DNA of 56,262 bases, counting the filler, from an uncultured virus (IMG/VR IMGVR_UViG_2502082094_000002) (lineage: Duplodnaviria > Heunggongvirae > Uroviricota > Caudoviricetes). It is 10 parts of one record of this genome, joined end to end, with 100 filler letters (N's around TTAATTAATTAA, not from the genome) between each part and the next. Parts side by side here need not be neighbours in the genome. Positions count along the whole stretch, not along the records: positions 25,485 to 33,474 come from IMGVR_UViG_2502082094_000002; positions 33,575 to 47,426 come from IMGVR_UViG_2502082094_000002; 8 more parts are not named here. The stretch is one strand, 5' to 3'. Numbering within the stretch: the first letter of the stretch is position 1; the number at the start of each line of letters is the position of its first letter. Positions 30,168-40,785 of the stretch are shown piece after piece. The notes under the pieces were generated by a model, which saw nothing but the letters and a program-made list of their open reading frames with translations, was not told where the DNA came from and made no database searches. The translations under genes were made by a program, and so were the position numbers.

Positions 30168-30626
30168 TTAGAATTGACTGTCGATATGACTGTCCATAGC
30201 TGGTGGGATTGGAGCCTGATTATTGGCAGACTCACGTGACGGAGCACCAATGACACCACGCTCTGCCGTCTCGTGTAAGCCACAGTGGCAGTTTGGATTC
30301 GCCTCCATCGATGCTGCCTCGTCAACACTCATATTAAAGTCGTCAGAGGCACGGTGTTTGTTTGTCGTATGCTCGTGCACAAGCCCACACTGTGGGTGCG
30401 CACACTTGAAATCAGAAACATCGGACTCTCGTGCAAGCTCCGACAACGTGTTGTGCAATTCTGTCGCTCCCTCGACAACAGGTTCAGCACTCTGTCCACC
30501 CCTGCCGCCAGCACCATCGCCATCTTCTTCGATAGTGATTGATGGCGTCTCAACATCTTGTTCAATAGCCTCAACAGAACGGAACTGTGATTCGGTCATT
30601 TGTGATTGCGATTGTGATTTACTCAT
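30168..30626 (-). CDS. Cys/His-cluster hypothetical protein
   Basis: CAHPQCGLVHEH..H and CHCGLH. Confidence 0.65.
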   Translation of the reverse strand: MSKSQSQSQMTESQFRSVEAIEQDVETPSITIEEDGDGAGGRGGQSAEPVVEGATELHNTLSELARESDVSDFKCAHPQCGLVHEHTTNKHRASDDFNMSVDEAASMEANPNCHCGLHETAERGVIGAPSRESANNQAPIPPAMDSHIDSQF

Positions 30627-30721
30627 TACTACTTTTCCTCGTATGTACGTATACACTCCCCATACTTAAATCTTTCGAACAAAAGAAAAGAGAAAAGAGA
30701 AACGTAAAACTAATGCTACTG

Positions 30722-31525
30722 TTACTGTTCAGGTAATCCTGTCTCTGTATCAACTGATGCATACTTGTCTGTCCACTTCCAGAACGCGAGGTCAGAGTGA
30801 TTCTCTCTACGATGTAACAACCATTCAATTTTTGTAAGGAACAACATCTCTCTATCTGTCAACTGTATAGACTTCCCATCAATTGTGACCATCATATTGG
30901 GTCTTTCACGTGGGACCTGCAATCTCACAAACTCCCGTGAATTGTTCGTCTCAGAAACACCACCGTTTGCTCTATCACGAACATAATCTGTCGAATCAGG
31001 GTCATGATTTTGTGTATACATACTCGCATCCCAATTCACAAGATAGAAATCATCGACAAGCCAGCCACGAGCAGACTGTGATAACCTGTGTTTCTGGTCA
31101 AATGTTCCCATGATTGCTCTGATAACATCACGACGGACCTGTTCTGATATTATTTTTGTGAACACATCGCGCAATTGTGACATATCATCTTTAATCAGAG
31201 CGTCCCTAAGTCCCTCAAGAACAGCCTCAGACTGTTTTGGAGTTGTCTCAACAGTTGTATCACCAACTCGTAATACAAAACAGTAGTTGTCATTCGTTGG
31301 TGCAACCATTATCAGTGGGTCATCTTCTTGCAGAACAATCGAACGGTCCCCATTCAATACATCGTGGAGTCCGTTCTCTAATGGTAGCTCATTTTCAGGG
31401 TCGTGTAACAGGATATTCTCAGGTGTTGCTTTCAACAGTTGTGGCTGTCCTGTCTCGTCCAAAATGAGAAACTGTTGTAACTCACCTGTTTCCTGATTGT
31501 AACTTTTATCAAGTACCTCAGTCAT
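30722..31525 (-). CDS. Hypothetical protein
   Basis: 267-aa acidic ORF. Confidence 0.75.
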   Translation of the reverse strand: MTEVLDKSYNQETGELQQFLILDETGQPQLLKATPENILLHDPENELPLENGLHDVLNGDRSIVLQEDDPLIMVAPTNDNYCFVLRVGDTTVETTPKQSEAVLEGLRDALIKDDMSQLRDVFTKIISEQVRRDVIRAIMGTFDQKHRLSQSARGWLVDDFYLVNWDASMYTQNHDPDSTDYVRDRANGGVSETNNSREFVRLQVPRERPNMMVTIDGKSIQLTDREMLFLTKIEWLLHRRENHSDLAFWKWTDKYASVDTETGLPEQ

Positions 31526-31579
31526 AATATTTTGTGTCTACACTTAGGTACTACTGTCATGAATAAAAGTCTTTCGAAC

Positions 31580-31810
31580 TTAGTCGAGACAACAGGCAAT
31601 AATCCTCACAGTACCAATCACTACTATAATTATTCCAAGTAGAACAAACCACAAACTTAGTGTCACTGCACTAACACCGACAAGAGATGAGGCAGCTACA
31701 GCCTCAAGTAATGTCTGAGACATAAATGCACCTGAACCAAGTGTCGCAACAGATGACCCAATAAGATAGAGTGGATGAACAGTAACAGTAACCGTATTAG
31801 TAGAATCCAT
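31580..31810 (-). CDS. Small membrane protein
   Basis: Hydrophobic, about 2 TM. Confidence 0.6.
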   Translation of the reverse strand: MDSTNTVTVTVHPLYLIGSSVATLGSGAFMSQTLLEAVAASSLVGVSAVTLSLWFVLLGIIIVVIGTVRIIACCLD

Positions 31811-31884
31811 AGTGTGTGTCTAACTACACGTTCACAAGAAAAGTATAAAAAGGTTTCGATTCTGCTACTTATTATATTTAGATA

Positions 31885-33462
31885 TTAGTCAAATCTATTT
31901 GGCGAGAGTTTGATATCTTCTTCATCAAGCTCCATTATCGTATCTCTCCAATCATCAGACGTATTGATTCGCTGGTAGATTTCATCGACTGACTCCTTGA
32001 TTGTGTCCTCGAATTGACTCGCAACGTACTTCCAGAACACCTCATTTGCTTTCAGTCGGTCACGGTCAGGCGTCGGCTCAGGCAAACACAGGTCCCCCTC
32101 ACCTGTCTCGACATCGTACTCCTCTAACTCAGTCTCGATAACGAGTTGTGACGCCATCCCCTCGTCTAAGTCATTCCATTCCTCCTCAGGGATAACAGTC
32201 TTTCCTTGATTGTCTCCAGCTATGACATGAACACCAGCAGGCTCGTCACTTTCCCGAACCTCAGACTTTGGCATGTAATCACCACGTGGGACATGAATTT
32301 GACGATTCTGTATCTGCTCATACACCTCGTCAGACACAACTGTCGTCCCAACTCGTGACTCATCATCACTGTCCTGAATCTCTTGACCAATCACATCTCC
32401 ATTTGACAGTAAGTCTTCTGTAATAAATGGGTCACGCTCGTCAATTAAGACATTCTCGTATCGGCTTCGGGAAACAGGAATGAGTCCCTCGTTGCCATTC
32501 GTTGATTCAATTACCTTGCCCGATTCATCGAGCAGACGGACATCGAATGGGAACGGAGCATCGAACATCTTGCTCCCAGTATTGTTTCGCTTGATTGGCA
32601 TACTGAGGAGCAAGGTCTCAGAAGTTGCATCAGCAGAGCAATATGCTCGAAATGCATCTTCTTTCTCGTACTTCAAGCACGCACGATTGCCACTATAATC
32701 ATCGTACAAGTTCTTGTCGCCATAGTCTTCTTGGAACACAACTGTCCCATCAGAACCGATTTCCTCGTATCGGACAGGGACACGCATCCACTGTGTGAGT
32801 TCCTCTACCTTCTGTCGGACAGGTCTATCCTCGTTCTCACTCGAAGCAGTTAGTTGAAACTCGGTCCCATACTGGTCTTCAGGAAGTGAGCCTTTGACTG
32901 GCTCGACCCCTGCCAATGACACCAAGTATGCTGCATTGTCGTCGTTCAATCGAGAATGACTGGTCATCACCATCGCATTATCTCGTCCGATAAACTTCGG
33001 GAAGGAAAGTGCTCCCTGTCCCCACATACCAGACTTTGACCCATCAATCATGGAAGTCGAGCGTTTAATCTGCCGAAAGACTTCATCGACCTCTGATGCA
33101 GCCATGCCAATGCCATTGTCTCGAATAATTAATTGCTTGGTCTTCTTGTTCCAGATAATGTCAATCCGTGGCTGGTACGACTCAGAGACAATCATCTGTC
33201 CCTCATCGTACAATGACTGTGACGGGTCGTCCTGATATTCAACAACCTTCAGACATGCAGTCTCAGCATTTGCGACATACTCGCGTAAGGTCGCCCACCA
33301 CTGTGAGTACATATCATCAGCAATCTGTCTGATAATTGCACTCATGTCTGCCTCGAACGACTTTGGCTCTGAGCCAAACGGATGGTCATCACCTGATGCA
33401 TTGATATTCCTGTGCTCGACCGAAGAATCTGCCTCTTGGTATTTTGGTGTAAACTCGCTCAT
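31885..33462 (-). CDS. GHKL (Hsp90/MORC/rIIA-like) ATPase
   Basis: LREYVANA, IRDNGIGM, GMWGQG, GTEF Bergerat-fold motifs. Confidence 0.85.
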   Translation of the reverse strand: MSEFTPKYQEADSSVEHRNINASGDDHPFGSEPKSFEADMSAIIRQIADDMYSQWWATLREYVANAETACLKVVEYQDDPSQSLYDEGQMIVSESYQPRIDIIWNKKTKQLIIRDNGIGMAASEVDEVFRQIKRSTSMIDGSKSGMWGQGALSFPKFIGRDNAMVMTSHSRLNDDNAAYLVSLAGVEPVKGSLPEDQYGTEFQLTASSENEDRPVRQKVEELTQWMRVPVRYEEIGSDGTVVFQEDYGDKNLYDDYSGNRACLKYEKEDAFRAYCSADATSETLLLSMPIKRNNTGSKMFDAPFPFDVRLLDESGKVIESTNGNEGLIPVSRSRYENVLIDERDPFITEDLLSNGDVIGQEIQDSDDESRVGTTVVSDEVYEQIQNRQIHVPRGDYMPKSEVRESDEPAGVHVIAGDNQGKTVIPEEEWNDLDEGMASQLVIETELEEYDVETGEGDLCLPEPTPDRDRLKANEVFWKYVASQFEDTIKESVDEIYQRINTSDDWRDTIMELDEEDIKLSPNRFD

Positions 33463-33621
33463 TGTAATATTACTNNNNNNNNNNNNNNNNNNNNNNNNNN
33501 NNNNNNNNNNNNNNNNNNTTAATTAATTAANNNNNNNNNNNNNNNNNNNNNNNNNNNNNNNNNNNNNNNNNNNNACTTGTTAGAGATTCAGAGATAGTCT
33601 CTATCAAACGAGGTGAGGTCA

Positions 33622-34137
33622 ATGAGTGACTGGAAATACGACCCAAGTGATATTATGAGCGACACAGACAATGATAGCTCAAATGCACCGGGCAAGCAAT
33701 CAGAAAGTTATCTCGATGGAGACACACTCGGTAGTGCGTTCAGTCCAGTTCATGTCCCATTCTCGCTTGTTGGTGTGTATGCGTTATTCGAACTACAGGC
33801 ATTCACTGCATCAGTCGCATCAGTTGTTGGGACTGGGATTCTAGCAGAGATTATTGGAGTCAGTTTCGCACTCGTTGGGCTGCTCGCTGTCGGCATACCA
33901 GTTGGAGTCATCGGAGGAGCAGTACTTGCATTACTATTCGGAATACTGTTCCGAGACAGTGCTGCAATACTCGCCTCACTTGTTATAATCATCCCGAGTG
34001 CAGCAGTTATTGGTGCAGGCATACTGTTTGTACCGTTACCACCAGCAGTGGCTGCATTCGTTGCATTTGACCTTATTGTGTATGCGCTACTAATTATAGT
34101 GATGTTTGTTGCGAGCAGTTTCGCTCTCATTTCATAG
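33622..34137 (+). CDS. Polytopic membrane protein
   Basis: 4-5 hydrophobic segments. Confidence 0.7.
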   Translation: MSDWKYDPSDIMSDTDNDSSNAPGKQSESYLDGDTLGSAFSPVHVPFSLVGVYALFELQAFTASVASVVGTGILAEIIGVSFALVGLLAVGIPVGVIGGAVLALLFGILFRDSAAILASLVIIIPSAAVIGAGILFVPLPPAVAAFVAFDLIVYALLIIVMFVASSFALIS

Positions 34138-34189
34138 AAATTTGAGAGCACATCGAAACAGTTAAGTGCAGAGCGGTCTTTTTTATAGT

Positions 34190-34477
34190 ATGGTAATATC
34201 AGCAGCGACAGCAGAACTACTTGTTTTTTCAGGTGGTGTCATACTCGAAGTATTTGCTGTCACTACGTTACTTGACGATACCGCACAAGTTCCACGAATT
34301 CAATCAATCATGTTTGCCATTGCACTTAGCATTGTTGCCGTGGGATATTGGGTTCTCGGACTCATGCTACCGTTCCTATCAGTTGCTATCGGAAGTGTCA
34401 TCTGGACACTGGTAGCTATTTATCGACCGACAGACGGAAAGTACTTAGGTCTACAGAACATCCTTCCAATTGAATAA
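34190..34477 (+). CDS. Small 3-TM membrane protein
   Basis: Hydrophobic ORF upstream of the HhH gene. Confidence 0.65.
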   Translation: MVISAATAELLVFSGGVILEVFAVTTLLDDTAQVPRIQSIMFAIALSIVAVGYWVLGLMLPFLSVAIGSVIWTLVAIYRPTDGKYLGLQNILPIE

Positions 34478-34486
34478 AATTACAAT

Positions 34487-34921
34487 ATGACTGAATCAAA
34501 CACAATAGCAGACGAGTTAGAGAAATTTTCAGACTTCCTTCGATTAGATGAGCAAGACGGGCGAGCGTATGCATACGAGACTGCTGCACAGGTCCTTCGT
34601 CGTAGACGTGTCATTCCTCCAGACCCGTCACAACTCGACGGAATCGGAGACAGTACTCGCACAACTATTGCCGAGTATCAGCACAGTGGTACAATTGACG
34701 AGCTTGAAGAACTCTGTGACGAATACCCGTGGTACGATGCAATGCGTTCAGTCAACGGAATCGGACAGGCACGTGCTCAACAGATACATGAAAAATTCAA
34801 TGTTGAATCACTTGATGACCTCATACTTGTTGGGTCTGACCTGACACTAATCAGTGGAATTGGGCAAGTCACAGCAGCAAACATTATCGAATCTGCCCGA
34901 GAAGAACGAGACTCAGAGTAA
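34487..34921 (+). CDS. Stand-alone PolX N-terminal (8-kDa/HhH) domain protein
   Basis: N.IADELE, RAYAYETAA..L, LDGIG, EY..SGTI.ELEEL, VNGIG..RA, SLDDL, ISGIG..TAANI; no polymerase palm. Confidence 0.8.
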   Translation: MTESNTIADELEKFSDFLRLDEQDGRAYAYETAAQVLRRRRVIPPDPSQLDGIGDSTRTTIAEYQHSGTIDELEELCDEYPWYDAMRSVNGIGQARAQQIHEKFNVESLDDLILVGSDLTLISGIGQVTAANIIESAREERDSE

Positions 34922-35204
34922 TCACCTGTATTGTATCCAAAACCTTTTTACAGTAATAGCCCTAAATTGTAGTTGCATGACAACATTTTCAGCAAATCCA
35001 GAACTCGAATCAGAATTTGACAGCGATAATGACGATAGCGACAGTCATTCACTTGTAGAAGACGACTCGACTGACGTGACAGAGGTTCTTGTCTGTTCCA
35101 AGTGTGGCGTCAAGTGTGCAAAAGGATTCTTGGAATCGATTGAGTACATTACCTGTACTGAGTAATCCGTAACCCTTTTCCCTGTCCCACGCATACATGG
35201 TAGT

Positions 35205-37034
35205 ATGCCGGGAAACAATAGCACTGACCCATTCAACGTGGATGCAGCCGTTGCTCGTCTGAACAACGACAACGATACAGACAGTAACAGTAACAGTGAT
35301 GATGTAAGCACTGTTTACTCAGACAATGCGACGGACACTGTATCCAACGAGCCAACCACCGTCTCTTTTTCGAGCCGTGATGAAATCGAGCGAGTTATCG
35401 ATACAGTCTGGTCAGCACCCTCTTTTCGAGAACACCAGAAGACAGCAATTATCGACATTCTCGAAGCACTGTACATAGATGATAACGATGTCGTATCACT
35501 CTCTGCCCCAACAGGTGCTGGAAAGAGCCTTATCATCTATACAGTCGGTCGAGCTATATCACACGTCAAACGAGCAAAGTCATTTGTTACCACACCACTG
35601 AACAGTCTCATTGACCAGATTGACGACGACGAATATATTGACAACATTACCACAATCAAAGGCAAGAACAATTACTCGTGTGTGCATCCACGTGATGAAG
35701 GAACAAGTGTCGATGATGCTATCTGTCAAAGACAAGCAGACTTTGACTGTGAGTTCAAAGACATGTATGACACAAACGATGGGTGTCCCTACTATGGGCG
35801 CAAGGAACGTGCAAAAGATACCGACATTGCCGTCACAAACCTCTCGTACCTGATGTCTAATGCAATGATACCTGAGACAGAGGATGCCCGATTCGAGCCT
35901 CGTAACTTCCTTGCAGTGGACGAGACACAGAATATTGAAGACTTTGCGCTGAACTTTATCGGATTCACTATCGACCGACGAGAAATTCCAATCAATTTCA
36001 ACAATATCTCGAACATGCCACCAGAAGACTGTGATATGTCAGAAATGGTGGCATGGCTGAAAGAAGTACTCAATGGCATCCGACAACGACTGATGGACCT
36101 TCAAAAGAAAGGAATGCTCACAACAACAGAAAACGAGGACCAAGACGACCTCCAAAGTCTCAAACATCGCATCAGTAACTTTATCGAAGATTACGACAAC
36201 AATCACCACTGGACCAAAACATATGATGGGTCGAGCATCAAGTTTGAACCAATCATGATTGGTCGATTTATTGACAGGTTCCTCTGGTCGCAGTCAGAGA
36301 AAATACTCCTTTCATCAGCGACTATCCCAAAAGGAGACTTCCTCGATGCTGTCGGGCTAGACAATCTTGATACAGCACACGTCGAAGTACCGTCTACCTT
36401 CGACAAAAAGAATCGCCCAGTCATTACACGAGAAATGGTCGGTAAAATGACAAAAAGTGAGAGAGCAAGCACAATACCAAAAATGGCAGACAAGATTGCT
36501 GAGATTGCAGACTTTCACAATCCAAAGAACGGATTTGTCCATTGTCACAGCTACGATGTTATGGAGAGACTGTATGACAACTTGCCAAAGTATGTGCAAC
36601 GTCGGACAAGAAAACAAGACTCTGACAATCGAATGCGTTCACTTAAACAGTGGTACAACTCTGAGAAGCAGATATTCATGTCTGTGTCAATGAACGAAGG
36701 CATATCGCTTGACGATGATAGAGCACGATGGCAAGTGCTTGCGAAAGCTAGCTATCCGTTCATGGGAGACGAGCGAGTCAACTATCGTGTCAATGAAATG
36801 AATGATTGGGAATGGTACTCTAATCAGGCTATCATCAACTTGCAGCAAGCAGTTGGTCGAGGGATGCGCTCAAAGGATGATTGGTGTATCTCATACTTGC
36901 TTGATTCAAGTTTCCAATCATTGCTCGACAGAAACAAGGACCTATTCGAAAGTTGGTTCTTGGAGTCTGTGGACTGCTACACAGAGCGAGACTACTACGG
37001 ACAACCTGACACAGACTTTACCTTCACAACATAA
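35205..37034 (+). CDS. DinG/XPD (Rad3)-family SF2 helicase
   Basis: APTGAGKS, KGKNNYSC..C..C..CPY, VDETQN, SAT, EGISL, QAVGRGMRSKDD. Confidence 0.9.
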   Translation: MPGNNSTDPFNVDAAVARLNNDNDTDSNSNSDDVSTVYSDNATDTVSNEPTTVSFSSRDEIERVIDTVWSAPSFREHQKTAIIDILEALYIDDNDVVSLSAPTGAGKSLIIYTVGRAISHVKRAKSFVTTPLNSLIDQIDDDEYIDNITTIKGKNNYSCVHPRDEGTSVDDAICQRQADFDCEFKDMYDTNDGCPYYGRKERAKDTDIAVTNLSYLMSNAMIPETEDARFEPRNFLAVDETQNIEDFALNFIGFTIDRREIPINFNNISNMPPEDCDMSEMVAWLKEVLNGIRQRLMDLQKKGMLTTTENEDQDDLQSLKHRISNFIEDYDNNHHWTKTYDGSSIKFEPIMIGRFIDRFLWSQSEKILLSSATIPKGDFLDAVGLDNLDTAHVEVPSTFDKKNRPVITREMVGKMTKSERASTIPKMADKIAEIADFHNPKNGFVHCHSYDVMERLYDNLPKYVQRRTRKQDSDNRMRSLKQWYNSEKQIFMSVSMNEGISLDDDRARWQVLAKASYPFMGDERVNYRVNEMNDWEWYSNQAIINLQQAVGRGMRSKDDWCISYLLDSSFQSLLDRNKDLFESWFLESVDCYTERDYYGQPDTDFTFTT

Positions 37035-37091
37035 GCAGACCGAAAGCCTTTTACTACAGCATCTCCTTTGTTACTATAGAGACATACTACA

Positions 37092-38860
37092 ATGACAGAA
37101 GAAAATAACACAGAAGTAGACGCACCGTTTGTACTTGGACTCACACGAACAGAACGAGACGACCTCAAGTTTGCACTTGAGATAGCAATGGAACGAGCAC
37201 ACACAGAGAACGATAGCGAGTCTGTGACGAAGTTTAACGGACTCTATAAGAGAATACACGACCTTGAGCACAGAACATACCAACAATAATCATGATACTC
37301 ATTGACCGATTTATTGTCAGTGGTGTAATGATAGCTGCATCACTGATGTTAATCGGTTTTGATGTTGCGAGCATGATTGTTACACTTATACTAATGTGTA
37401 CAGTAATCGCACAATTCATATACATAACATACAAATACCTATGACAACGATACAATCAGAAGAATACACAGAACCATTTAGCGGAATCGAAAGAGTACAG
37501 TTTTCTGATACCGACGAGCGAGATAGTCGATTTATCAGAGCAGACAAAGATGCAGTAATCGAAGTACCAAATCTGTAACAATAAATACATGGGACCTAAC
37601 ATACCGCCAGAAAAAATGAAAGAATGGTTTACAGATTCTGCGTGGGACGATACTGACTCAGATGAAGAAGTCACTGTAAATCAAGATGGACGAATAGAAA
37701 TTGAAGAACAACCTGACCCAACACACGAGTGCACATACTGTGATACAAAGGTAAGAATCGAATCAGAACCTCGTATACGAGCACCGCACTTTTGTGAGAA
37801 GTGTGATGTGGTAACACAACATCGGAGGATATAGATAATATAATGAGCACAATAACTCAAAGAAAACTTACATTCGGAGTATTATTGTTCATCACAAACT
37901 CAATCGGAGTATTGTACTGGAGAGATATACTGACAAGTGCGACACTAATGACTGGAAATATATGGGTAGCCTCTGTGATAATCTTACTGATAGTAGCTGC
38001 TATCGCAGCATTTATGTTATTAAAACATGACACCGAATAATAAAAAAGAATCACAAAATTCGAATCCAGATGCATGGAGATGTGACTACTGTGGTCGAGA
38101 CGTGAGCGAAGTCGATGCAGACCAGCACTATCTCTGGACAGATGTGATGGGCTGGATATGTGGCGATTGTCGAACAAACGTGTGGGACGACAGCGACAGT
38201 CCGTACAACAAGTAATCGAAAGTCTTTTTTATACACCTCCCCTTTGTTGTAGTGTAATGAACTACCTCAACGAAGATGGAGAGATGCAAATAGTCGAAGT
38301 ACAGTCACAGAATAGAAATACATCAGCGACCGATTACTGGGACGAACACCTCTTTGTCGATGTGCACTATGGGGATGGAGCACGTACCTCACAAGAAATC
38401 GTAACGACAAAGTTTACACCAGATGAGTTAATTCGGTTGTTCGATATGGACGAAAATATGCTCCGAGTCGAGCGTGATATATCGCTTGAACATCCTGACC
38501 CTGATGTGCTTATCACAGTACTCGACGGAAAAGTTTAAGTGATAGTAGTGCATAGATAGTACTGTAATGGTTAGCGACATGATGGACATGCTCGGTCGAG
38601 ACGAGGCTGAGCCAGAAGAACTAGAACAGTACGAAGCACCCGCACACGCACAACTAATGATTGAACTTGTCGAAGAAATTGCCAGCGATGGTGAGGCAAT
38701 TGTTACATTTAACAACAATCATACAACAGAGTTCCACGGAGACGATACACACTTCTATACAGAGTATGGTGTGATGTTTACAGAAGACGAGACACCAGAC
38801 GGTGAAGAAGCAGAGACGTGGTACTCTGGTCGAGATATCGTGTCAGTGCAGCGACACTAA
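37092..38860 (+). CDS. Cluster of small ORFs (37092-37289, 37589-37834 CxxC, 37843-38040 TM, 38027-38215 CxxC, 38257-38538, 38567-38860)
   Basis: Closely packed acidic, zinc-finger or hydrophobic ORFs on one strand. Confidence 0.6.
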
Positions 38861-38943
38861 TAACGAACAGATAGTTTCTTTTTTTTTTGTCGATTGATAT
38901 CGTAACTCTTTTATGATACTGGACCATTGTTACAAATAGAACA

Positions 38944-39900
38944 ATGAAAAAGTATCCAAAGATAAAATACCCAAATGACGACAAAGCAACAGGTGTCTTT
39001 GCATCTGGTGAAGTTGTCGTGCAAGAAAAGCTCGACGGAGCAAACTTTCGATTCACACACGAACGTAACTTAGACGAGGAATACCACACTCCTGACAGCA
39101 AGCGACACATTGTCTTTGGGTCACGTAATGTTCAGTACAAAAATGTAAAAGACGAGTCAAAACAATTCAGTAAGCCTATCAAACACATTCGTCAAAACGT
39201 TGACCCAGTTGATATAAAAATTCTCGAAGACCAATACGATAGTGCATTGACATTCTTCGGTGAAGCAATGATACCACATACTCTCTCTTACGATTGGGAG
39301 AGCACACCTGCATTTGTCGGATTCGATGTATATAAAGAAAGTGAAGAACGCTGGCTCCGACAACCAGAGGTCCGATTTGTGTTCGGAGAACTCGGTCTGT
39401 CAGTTGCACCAGTAATTGCCATCGTTCCTGCCGAAGACTGGGACGACTACGATGTCGATACAAAAATAGACTCAGAGTTTGGTGATGTAAAAGCAGAAGG
39501 ACTCACGTTCAAAAACTATGATACGCAAACATTTGCTAAGTACGTGCGTGAAGACTTCAAAGAAAAAAACAAACAGACGTTTGGCAAGTCACAGAAACAA
39601 CAAACATCTGGTGCCGAAAAACTGAGCTATCAGTATATTACAAATGCACGAATCGAAAAACAAGCACATAAAATGCTCAATGAAGGTAAATGGGACTCAC
39701 TGAAAATGGAGATGATGTGTGAGTTGCCTGAAGCAGTAATCCGTGACATGTCAGACGAGGAGGCTGGTAACATATTTATGCACGAAAATTTCGAAGTAGA
39801 CTTACACGACTTTCGGTCAATCACTTCGAGTAGATGTGCAGAGGTCCTCCGACGTATGATTGATGAACAAGTCCAAGACTCTGTACTCGAAGAAGAATAA
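38944..39900 (+). CDS. ATP-dependent RNA ligase (Rnl2-like)
   Basis: KYPKI, QEKLDGANF, FGSRN, FFGE, GFDV, AEGL..K, AK.V.E.FKE. Confidence 0.85.
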   Translation: MKKYPKIKYPNDDKATGVFASGEVVVQEKLDGANFRFTHERNLDEEYHTPDSKRHIVFGSRNVQYKNVKDESKQFSKPIKHIRQNVDPVDIKILEDQYDSALTFFGEAMIPHTLSYDWESTPAFVGFDVYKESEERWLRQPEVRFVFGELGLSVAPVIAIVPAEDWDDYDVDTKIDSEFGDVKAEGLTFKNYDTQTFAKYVREDFKEKNKQTFGKSQKQQTSGAEKLSYQYITNARIEKQAHKMLNEGKWDSLKMEMMCELPEAVIRDMSDEEAGNIFMHENFEVDLHDFRSITSSRCAEVLRRMIDEQVQDSVLEEE

Positions 39901-39945
39901 CAACACTTTTTTATACGTAGGCATAGTACTTAGAGTAACGACAAA

Positions 39946-40545
39946 ATGACACGAGTTGACTATAGATTTGACGAGATAGTAGAACTACAGACAATGATTG
40001 GACCACAAGGTAAGTTCGGAAAAGCTATATGCAAAGAGTGCTCAGAGGTCCACAAATGTACCTTAGACGAGTTTGACGGTCCACGACTCGTACTTGGCAG
40101 AGTGGGAACACTGCCACTATGTAGCAAAGATGCGAGCGTGGAACTGTTGTCACGAGAACGAAAAACCACTGGATGGATTGCCAGAGGAGCCGCAATCGTT
40201 GCTCGATGTAAATATAGAAGAAAAATGAACGAGGAGCATATTAAGAACATACAAAAAGAGTACGTGGATGGTGAAATAAACGAGGTTGAGCTTGAAGAAC
40301 GAATAGACAAAACAATAAGAAATGGGTATGATGTTAAACAACAAGATGTAATTGAACAAATTAGACACATAATACTTAAGAAAGAGAAACGACCTGAGAA
40401 AATATTTCTGTCACCTGATTGGTATCATGAGTTACTCAATTCAACAAACTTCTTGCCTGTCCACTCAGAGGATGCAGAAGGACTCATATTTGGTGTTCCA
40501 ATAGAGGTGTCACACAACATAGATGAATATCGTGTAGAACGGTAA
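39946..40545 (+). CDS. Hypothetical protein with CxxC and SHOCT-like segment
   Basis: CKEC; IQKEYVDGEINEVELEERI. Confidence 0.6.
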   Translation: MTRVDYRFDEIVELQTMIGPQGKFGKAICKECSEVHKCTLDEFDGPRLVLGRVGTLPLCSKDASVELLSRERKTTGWIARGAAIVARCKYRRKMNEEHIKNIQKEYVDGEINEVELEERIDKTIRNGYDVKQQDVIEQIRHIILKKEKRPEKIFLSPDWYHELLNSTNFLPVHSEDAEGLIFGVPIEVSHNIDEYRVER

Positions 40546-40547
40546 CA

Positions 40548-40751
40548 ATGACTGAAAAAACTATCGAACAACTCAAAGAAGCAAGTGGAATCGAACACTT
40601 AGAATATCTGATTGGAAAACCAAGAGAATATTACTGTGAGGAGCACGGAGTATTATTTGCATGTATCGTGCACGACCCTTATGACATACCTGTCTTTGTC
40701 TGTCCAGACTGTGGTGAGCAACCTGAGTACCGAAAAGTGACTGAAGAATAG
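40548..40751 (+). CDS. CPxCG zinc-finger microprotein
   Basis: CEEHG..CPDCG. Confidence 0.7.
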   Translation: MTEKTIEQLKEASGIEHLEYLIGKPREYYCEEHGVLFACIVHDPYDIPVFVCPDCGEQPEYRKVTEE

Positions 40752-40785
40752 TAATACTTTTTTACGAGTAGTACATATTTTCTGT

